Position numbers and translations under genes: made by a program
In this document: positions 34,982 to 40,435 of the stretch, piece after piece
Numbering within the stretch: position 1 is the first letter of the stretch
Layout of the letters: each line of letters begins with the position of its first letter
Assembly: GCA_964408475.1 (NCBI GenBank)
Contig: CAYOZM010000002.1
Span: 1-40,435, forward strand
Origin: an uncultured Candidatus Bathyarchaeia archaeon
GTDB taxonomy: Archaea > Thermoproteota > Bathyarchaeia > 40CM-2-53-6 > CAYOZM01
DNA length: 40,435 nucleotides
Reading direction: 5' to 3'
The notes under the pieces: generated by a model
Database searches by the model: none
What the model saw: the letters and a program-made list of their open reading frames with translations, nothing else
What the model was told of the DNA's origin: nothing

Positions 34982-36318
34982 TCGTTAACCAGCTCGCTCG
35001 CCTCGATGTTCTCTGTGTTTTTAGGAGCAGATGTGTTCAATTCCTTGGGCTTCAACGAGCATGCTTGCTCTTGGAGATCTATGATGGCTTGTAGGCATTC
35101 CTTAGTGCTTCTAACAACTATAGCCTGCTTCTTTAGTCTAGCCATATACTCCAACGCTATGCCGCCTGTAAAGTCTCTTTGTTGATCGGGTGTGGACTCT
35201 ATGACGAAAACGGGTATGCCTTTCTTTAATGCTTCTTCAACGGCTTGGAGGTTTCTCAGGTTTCCAGGTCCTATAGGAAAATCTGTGAGAACGAGTATGT
35301 TTGACTGCTCGGTCAGAGCAAGGTTCGCCGCGAAGGACTCATCGGTTATCATTGAGAAGGGAATCTCTCCGACAACAGATAGTCCGAGGCTTCGCGCAGT
35401 CTCATAGTCTGTATCGAGGACGTTTAGGACACCCGCAGTGACCGTCATACCCCTTTCCAGCAGGAGATTCATCAACACACTGCCTGACCCTCCGCCGCAA
35501 ACCAGATGGACAGTAGCTCTACTCTTGAGGCGGTCGCTCTTCTTGGACAGATAGGGAGCCACATGTAAAGCGTTCGTTACGGGATGCCTCTTTACCACGA
35601 CATCAACGCCGTATATCCTTCGGATACTTTCAGGTGTTAAGACTCGCTCGGGCGCACCGATCGCCTCGATCCTTCCGTTATGGAGAAGAATTATGCTGTC
35701 ACAGTGCTGAGAGGCTAGATTAAGGTCGTGGAAGACGGCGACTATCACTATCCCTATCTGCTTATTCAACCTCTCGATCAGCTCCAAGAGCTCGAGTTGA
35801 TACTTGATGTCGAGATGTACCGTCGGCTCGTCTAAGAGAAGGACCCTAGGCTCCTGCGCAAGAGCGCGCGCTATGATAACCCTCTGCCTTTCACCCCCAC
35901 TTAGCTCGTCGAAGGTCCGGTCGGCAAGATGTAAAGTGTCAGTCATCTTCAATGCTTCCTCCACGACTTCGAGATCTCTTGCGGATTCGGCTCCGAACCG
36001 TCCTATGTGAGATGCGCGACCCATCAAGACTATTTCAAAGACAGTAAAGGCAGCGTCAACCGTCGGAATTTGCGGAACGACACCTACAGTCTTGGCGATC
36101 TCATCCCTCGTAAATCTCCTTAGATCTCTCCCGTCAATAAGTACAGTTCCCACTCGAGGTTCCAAGACTTTGCACATACATCTAAGCAGGGTAGTCTTCC
36201 CTGAGCCGTTTGGGCCCATGACGCCCAGAAACTCACCCTGCCCAACGCTGAAGGCAACATTCTTTAGAATAGGGGTGCTCTCATAAGAGAAGCTTAGACC
36301 TCTAATCTCAAGTCTCAA
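34978..36318 (-). CDS. btuD: FepC/BtuD-family ABC ATPase fused to a roughly 190-aa C-terminal domain of unknown function
   Basis: Residues 1 to about 255 form a standard ABC ATPase: Walker A GPNGSGKTT, Q-loop, signature LSGGERQR, Walker B LLLDEPT, H-loop FHD. Residues from about 256 to 446 are extra. They have a Rossmann-like alternation (VHLVCGGGSGSVLMNLLLERGMTVTAGVL ... NILVLTDFPIGPGN ... IPVFVIEST). Confidence 0.85.
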   Translation of the reverse strand: MRLEIRGLSFSYESTPILKNVAFSVGQGEFLGVMGPNGSGKTTLLRCMCKVLEPRVGTVLIDGRDLRRFTRDEIAKTVGVVPQIPTVDAAFTVFEIVLMGRASHIGRFGAESARDLEVVEEALKMTDTLHLADRTFDELSGGERQRVIIARALAQEPRVLLLDEPTVHLDIKYQLELLELIERLNKQIGIVIVAVFHDLNLASQHCDSIILLHNGRIEAIGAPERVLTPESIRRIYGVDVVVKRHPVTNALHVAPYLSKKSDRLKSRATVHLVCGGGSGSVLMNLLLERGMTVTAGVLNVLDTDYETARSLGLSVVGEIPFSMITDESFAANLALTEQSNILVLTDFPIGPGNLRNLQAVEEALKKGIPVFVIESTPDQQRDFTGGIALEYMARLKKQAIVVRSTKECLQAIIDLQEQACSLKPKELNTSAPKNTENIEASELVNE

Positions 36319-36323
36319 TCACA

Positions 36324-37397
36324 TCACAGCCAAACTCTTCTGCTCTTCCGTAGGAGATATGCGAAGAAGGGAGCACCGCAAAGAGCTGTAAGCACACCGA
36401 CCGGAATCTCTGTTGGTGCAATGATGGTCCTAGCCACAGTGTCTACAGATGCTAGAAAGAGGCCTCCCGCTAAGGTTGAGGCTGGAAGAAGCAGTGTATG
36501 GTTTGGGCCGACTCTTATTCTCATCATATGGGGGATGATAAGGCCTACGAAGCCTATGATACCGCTGAAGGCTACAGCTGTTCCAGCGACCAACGAGGTG
36601 AGCGCCAGAAGGATCTTCTCTACTTTCTTAACGTCTATTCCAAGGTGGGTCGCCTGCTCCTCGCCCAAGAGCATAGCGTTCAGGTCTCGAGCAAAGAGTT
36701 GAAGCAGTACTGTGCCGATAGAAATTACGGGAAATACGATCCAGACGACCTTCCAGCTCGCCATCCATAGGCCGCCGAGTAACCAAAAGAAGAGAAACCG
36801 AAACTGCTGTCCTGACAAGTATAGCAGGAAGGATGTGACCGCAGCTAGGAATGACCCGACCGCTATACCTGAGAGCAGCAAGGTTTCAACTCGAGTTCTC
36901 CCCCGCGACTTGGCAATCTGATAAACCAAGAACACTGTTGAAGTAGCGCCGATGAATGCCATAAGAGGAAGCGCATACATACCGATGTCTTGCTTCAACG
37001 GCAGGAAGGTCGATGCGGATGCGCCTACAGCTGCACCTGCCGATAGGCCGATGATGTAAGGATCTGCCATTGGGTTCTTGAATACACCCTGCATTACCGC
37101 CCCTGAGACTGCTAGAGAGCATCCAACCAAGACACCCAGCAGGATTCTTGGCAATCTTATATCCATGATGATAGCTCTAAAGTTCTCAGGCCAATTCTCA
37201 CTCTCTCCAAACAAAATATCTAGGGCCGCTTGCAATGGAATCCTCTCGCCACCGCTAGGGCCGATAGGACCCATCGAGCCGACTAGAGTCATAAAGAATA
37301 TGGCCAGCGTTAGAGCGATCGATAAAGCAGCTATCGTCAATCTCCATCTGTGACGCTTTCTCTCAAAAAGGCTAACAATAGTCTCTTCCCCAATCAT
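36324..37397 (-). CDS. btuC: FecCD-family ABC permease (BtuC-like)
   Basis: 357 aa with about 9-10 TM helices and FecCD motifs (RLPRILLGVLVGCSLAVSGAVMQ and LLLSGIAVG). Confidence 0.9.
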   Translation of the reverse strand: MIGEETIVSLFERKRHRWRLTIAALSIALTLAIFFMTLVGSMGPIGPSGGERIPLQAALDILFGESENWPENFRAIIMDIRLPRILLGVLVGCSLAVSGAVMQGVFKNPMADPYIIGLSAGAAVGASASTFLPLKQDIGMYALPLMAFIGATSTVFLVYQIAKSRGRTRVETLLLSGIAVGSFLAAVTSFLLYLSGQQFRFLFFWLLGGLWMASWKVVWIVFPVISIGTVLLQLFARDLNAMLLGEEQATHLGIDVKKVEKILLALTSLVAGTAVAFSGIIGFVGLIIPHMMRIRVGPNHTLLLPASTLAGGLFLASVDTVARTIIAPTEIPVGVLTALCGAPFFAYLLRKSRRVWL

Positions 37398-38327
37398 CTA
37401 CTCGAACAGCTCCGGGTGAAACGTCTTAGCCAATTGTTCAAGGGCATCGACCAACCTCGGTCCAGGTCGGCTTAGGATGTCATCGTCGATTGTGTATATT
37501 CTACCGCTCCTAACGGCTTCCGTATTCCGCCATCCAGGCCTGTCCTCGATGTCTTCGATAGTAGTCTTTGCGTGAGGACCAACTGTGAAGATTATTATCT
37601 CAGGGTTGCTCCCTACAATAAATTCATCACTTACCTGGGGATACGCAGCTACGGCGCCTTCGGCTAAATTTCTCCCTCCAGCCATCAATATCAGGTCATG
37701 GCCAAATGATCCAGGGCCGAAAGTCCAGTACGGGTAATATTCGAGGTAAACCTTAGGTCTGTAGGCACTGCTGTTGCTGATCTTCGATGTTACAGCATTA
37801 ATCCTTTGCTCCAGTTTCCCCGCTACCGCATTTGCTTTATCAGCGTTGCCTGTTATCAGCCCAACAAGCCTAATGTCGTGGATAACCTCGCGTAATGTCT
37901 TTGGCGCCAAAACGAATACCGTGAGTCCCCTTTGCTCAAGGTCTAATACCATTTCCAAAGGCGTTATGTCTGAGGCCAGTATCAAGTCTGGCTTTAGAGC
38001 GACAATCTTCTCTAGATCCGGGTTCAAATAACTTCCAATCCTCGGCTTGGCTCCCACTTCCTCAGGATAATCGCTGAAATCATCTACCCCCACAACTCTC
38101 TCGCCGACCTCGACCGCATACAAAGTCTCTGTGATGCTTGGGGCGAGAGATATTATTCTCAAAGGTGTCCGAGAAATAGATACGGCCCTCCCATAGCCGT
38201 CAACGACCTTCAACTCTTGCACCACCTCTCCCGGCTGCCTGAGACCAGCGATGTAGAAGCCTAGCGCGAAAGAAATTGTCAAACCCAGGAGTAGCAGAGC
38301 CAACGGGATGAGTTTCGCCCTAGCCAT
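37398..38327 (-). CDS. btuF: Cluster-A (BtuF/FhuD-type) substrate-binding protein, membrane-anchored
   Basis: It has an N-terminal TM anchor (LIPLALLLLGLTISFALGFYIAG). PBP type-8 features are RIISLAPSITETLYAV, GVDDFSDYP, PDLILAS and GPRLVDALEQLAK. Confidence 0.8.
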   Translation of the reverse strand: MARAKLIPLALLLLGLTISFALGFYIAGLRQPGEVVQELKVVDGYGRAVSISRTPLRIISLAPSITETLYAVEVGERVVGVDDFSDYPEEVGAKPRIGSYLNPDLEKIVALKPDLILASDITPLEMVLDLEQRGLTVFVLAPKTLREVIHDIRLVGLITGNADKANAVAGKLEQRINAVTSKISNSSAYRPKVYLEYYPYWTFGPGSFGHDLILMAGGRNLAEGAVAAYPQVSDEFIVGSNPEIIIFTVGPHAKTTIEDIEDRPGWRNTEAVRSGRIYTIDDDILSRPGPRLVDALEQLAKTFHPELFE

Positions 38328-38471
38328 CTTCTATTGCACCCGGATGGATAATCCAACCATAGCTTTTATTAAGCTTACTATACTAGGACAGAACGAGGCT
38401 TACCAAAACATAACGTTTGATTCAGGGCTCGACTTTGCAAGTATCTTCGACAATTGGAGGATAGCCGTTTC

Positions 38472-39125
38472 ATGAGTTACGTAGCATCTTGGAGTGGCGG
38501 TAAAGACAGCTGCTTTGCCTGTTATAAGGCGATACACGACGGATACAGCATTTCTCATCTGGTGAATTTCATTTCTAAAGAGTATAGGAGAGTGAGTTTC
38601 CATGGCACAGAGGCCAAATTGATTCAATTGCAGGCGCAAGCATTAGGCATGCCCCTATTGCAAAAGGAAACCACGTGGAATGGGTATGAGCAAGAGTTCA
38701 AAGAAGCGGTGCGAAGTTTAATTCCTAATGGTATAAGAGGCATGGTTTTTGGCGATATTTACCTCCAAGAGCATAAAGATTGGGTCAACAGAGTTTGCGG
38801 GGAATTGGGAATTGAGGCGATTGAACCTCTTTGGGGCAAGGAACCCGAAGAGATTTTTCTTGACTTTATAGACAGAGGTTTTGAAGCAATAATAGTCAGT
38901 GCTAGATCAAATTTATTCAGCGAGGGATGGATTGGACGGAAGGTAGATAGAGAATTTCTAAAATACTTAAAGGAAAATAAAATTGATATTTGCGGGGAAA
39001 ATGGTGAATACCACACGTTCGTAACCGGCGGTCCAATGTTTAAGAGGAAAATAACGATAAATGAGAGCAGGTCGATCATGCGAGATGGTTACTGGTTCCT
39101 AGACACCTTGGAATATTCCTTATAA
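38472..39125 (+). CDS. dph6: PP-loop ATP pyrophosphatase of the Dph6 (diphthine-ammonia ligase, MJ0570-like) family
   Basis: PP-loop SWSGGKDS and C-terminal CGENGEYHTFVTGGPMF. ATG 38472 is preferred, with GGAGG at 38456-38460. The track start is 38454. Confidence 0.8.
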   Translation: MSYVASWSGGKDSCFACYKAIHDGYSISHLVNFISKEYRRVSFHGTEAKLIQLQAQALGMPLLQKETTWNGYEQEFKEAVRSLIPNGIRGMVFGDIYLQEHKDWVNRVCGELGIEAIEPLWGKEPEEIFLDFIDRGFEAIIVSARSNLFSEGWIGRKVDREFLKYLKENKIDICGENGEYHTFVTGGPMFKRKITINESRSIMRDGYWFLDTLEYSL

Positions 39126-39169
39126 GATTTTAAGACCGTGCACCCTCTAGAAAGCATGGTAGAGCCCCC

Positions 39170-39787
39170 TTGAAGACCATCGAGCTTTTGAGGCGAATGG
39201 CGAGGGAAAGGGCTGCTGGACCATCTCCCTCTTTCACAGAGCTTCACTTGGCAAAGGCTATCGAGGTTATTGGTGAAAAACCAGTCGGTAGGGCTGGGCT
39301 CTCAGAGAAGCTGCAGCTAGGCGAAGGTGCCACTCGAACCTTAATCGATAGGCTTCAGAATGAGCGGCTGATCAAGATATCGAAGGCCGGATGTGAATTA
39401 ACAAAGAGCGGGCTATCAATTCTGAAAGACTTGAACTCTAAATTCCCGAGGAAAATGAAGGCCCCTCCAAGCTCGATAACAGTTGGCGCACATAACTTTG
39501 GAATTCTTGTCAAGAATGCTGCGAGCAAGGTTAGGAACGGGATTGAGCAGAGAGATTCAGCTGTCAGAGTCGGCGCGTCTGGAGCTGTTACACTTATTTT
39601 TCAGCGAGGAAGGCTTTTCATGCCTCCACCTGCTGAGACCCAGCCTAAGGAATGGCCAGAGATCGCAAAGCAACTCTTGGAGCTATTTCAACCTGAAGAG
39701 AATGATGTCATTATAGTAGGCGGTGCAGAGACGGAAGAGAAAGCTGAACTAGGTGCGAGAGCGGCTTCCTGGACGCTTGCCGGATAG
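39170..39787 (+). CDS. DUF4443-like protein, paralogue 2 (wHTH-like N-terminus plus conserved C-terminal domain)
   Basis: 205 aa. It aligns by eye along its full length with the ORF at 12362..12952 (see that entry). Confidence 0.6.
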   Translation: MKTIELLRRMARERAAGPSPSFTELHLAKAIEVIGEKPVGRAGLSEKLQLGEGATRTLIDRLQNERLIKISKAGCELTKSGLSILKDLNSKFPRKMKAPPSSITVGAHNFGILVKNAASKVRNGIEQRDSAVRVGASGAVTLIFQRGRLFMPPPAETQPKEWPEIAKQLLELFQPEENDVIIVGGAETEEKAELGARAASWTLAG

Positions 39788-39891
39788 AATTCTCCAAATG
39801 GCAGGGACGGGCTGGAAATAGGCTTTTTCACCGCGGTATGTTTTAAAGGATAAGCTAGCATTAACTTTGAAACGTCGTCGGTGTCTCGTAT

Positions 39892-40435
39892 ATGATTAAC
39901 AAAACCGCGAGTCTGGAACCCACAGCCTCTGTGGATTCGAGAGCGGAAATAGCTGAGAAATGCTTTATCGGTCCCGGGGCAAGGCTTATCGGTTACGTGA
40001 AGGCGGATAAGTTCGTCCGAATCGATTCGAACGTCGTTGTTTATGGACCTGCCGAGATCGGAGAATCAACCTACATCGGGCCGAATTGTATTCTCGGCCA
40101 TCCTACGAGGAAGGAATTATCGAAGATCTTGGAGAGCGGAAGTGTAGATTCGAAAGCCGTTGAAGGGAAGATTCTCAAGGTTGGGAGGGGCTGTAGGATT
40201 AGAGCTGGATGCATTATCTACTCAGACGTAACTGTTGGGGATGACGTGGAGTTCGGACACAATGTTCTGGTGAGGGAGAATGTACGAATCGGCGGCAACT
40301 CTCGGATAGGCACGAATGTGGTTATCGACGGATCCTGCAAGATCGGGAGAGGGGTTTCGATGCAGACAGGCGTTTATCTCTGCGCATATTCGAATGTTGA
40401 AGACTATGTGTTCCTCGGTCCATATTGCGTATTCA
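39892..40435 (+). CDS. Left-handed beta-helix (hexapeptide-repeat) acyl/acetyltransferase-like protein, partial (runs off the window)
   Basis: My own translation from ATG 39892: MINKTASLEPTASVDSRAEIAEKCFIGPGARLIGYV...VGRGCRIRAGCIIYSDVTVGDDVEFGHNVLVRENVRIGGNSRIGTNVVIDGSCKIGRGVSMQTGVYL. It shows repeated [LIV]-G-x4 hexapeptide periodicity. Confidence 0.75.
   Translation, partial: MINKTASLEPTASVDSRAEIAEKCFIGPGARLIGYVKADKFVRIDSNVVVYGPAEIGESTYIGPNCILGHPTRKELSKILESGSVDSKAVEGKILKVGRGCRIRAGCIIYSDVTVGDDVEFGHNVLVRENVRIGGNSRIGTNVVIDGSCKIGRGVSMQTGVYLCAYSNVEDYVFLGPYCVF

Noticed and set aside
38328-38471. Possible cobalamin riboswitch upstream of btuF, and likewise upstream of the ECF-S-like gene at 11085..11215
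   Set aside because: Reading both strands I found no B12-box-like conserved core and no extended paired structure. The regions are short and AT-rich with TATA-like elements. An Rfam scan would be the decisive test.
1-40435. CRISPR arrays, IS elements or transposases, integrases, rRNA or tRNA genes, inteins in the large housekeeping genes
   Set aside because: None were seen. There are no regularly spaced direct repeats, no DDE, tyrosine- or serine-recombinase-like ORFs, and no tRNA-like cloverleaf candidates in the intergenic regions. Top6, MetRS, ABCE1 and GcvP have normal lengths.

Overview
The window is a contiguous piece of archaeal chromosome, gene-dense on both strands, about 47% GC by eye, with frequent GGAGG-type ribosome-binding sites. 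I saw no rRNA, tRNA, CRISPR array, transposase or integrase. Lineage cannot be fixed from the sequence. The gene set (Top6A/B, aIF1A, aIF2-beta, ABCE1, Rio1, GPN-loop GTPase, CobY, an FtsZ-like protein, a non-Pyl MttB homologue) fits a TACK/Bathyarchaeia-like organism, but this is inference only.

Content from left to right:
- 1-3.4 kb: a methyl-corrinoid module, with a partial corrinoid protein carrying DxHxxG, an L-fucose/arabinose-isomerase-like protein, and a divergently transcribed uninterrupted MttB-family methyltransferase.
- 3.4-7.3 kb: a HAD hydrolase, an isoaspartyl peptidase/asparaginase, an unannotated 34-codon ORF encoding tandem EEEEW repeats, and ABCE1.
- 7.4-9.3 kb: a small accessory-looking patch with two coupled small ORFs, a SAM methyltransferase, 350 bp with no convincing gene, and a zinc-ribbon protein.
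- 9.3-15.3 kb: a CinA-like protein, a GPN-loop GTPase, an operon of an ECF-S-like membrane protein, a DUF4430-like protein and a DUF4443-like protein, then TraB, ACD beta subunit and Thg1.
- 15.4-17.0 kb: an orphan ORF and a secreted protein with a lamin-tail domain and a possible PLC-like domain.
- 17.1-25.0 kb: a conserved information-processing block, top6B-top6A, KH-rio1-aIF1A, DUF424, aIF2-beta, metG-PHP.
- 25.1-27.4 kb: a C45-like Ntn hydrolase and a divergent FtsZ-like protein.
- 27.5-32.3 kb: an archaeal MiaB/MtaB-like methylthiotransferase, a MoaD/SAMP-like ubiquitin-like protein (Ubl), and gcvPB and gcvPA.
- 32.4-38.3 kb: a tightly coupled corrinoid salvage and import operon, btuF-btuC-btuD(+extra domain)-cobT-cobS-cobY.
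- 38.4-40.4 kb: a Dph6-like PP-loop ATPase, a second DUF4443-like paralogue, and a partial hexapeptide-repeat transferase.

The candidates most worth follow-up are:
- The two DUF4443-like wHTH paralogues. Each sits beside a different corrinoid-acquisition module, in a window full of B12-dependent and B12-salvage genes.
- The EEEEW-repeat micro-ORF upstream of ABCE1.
- The roughly 190-aa unexplained C-terminal domain on the BtuD-like ATPase.

All functional calls come from reading motifs in the translations. No database search was run.
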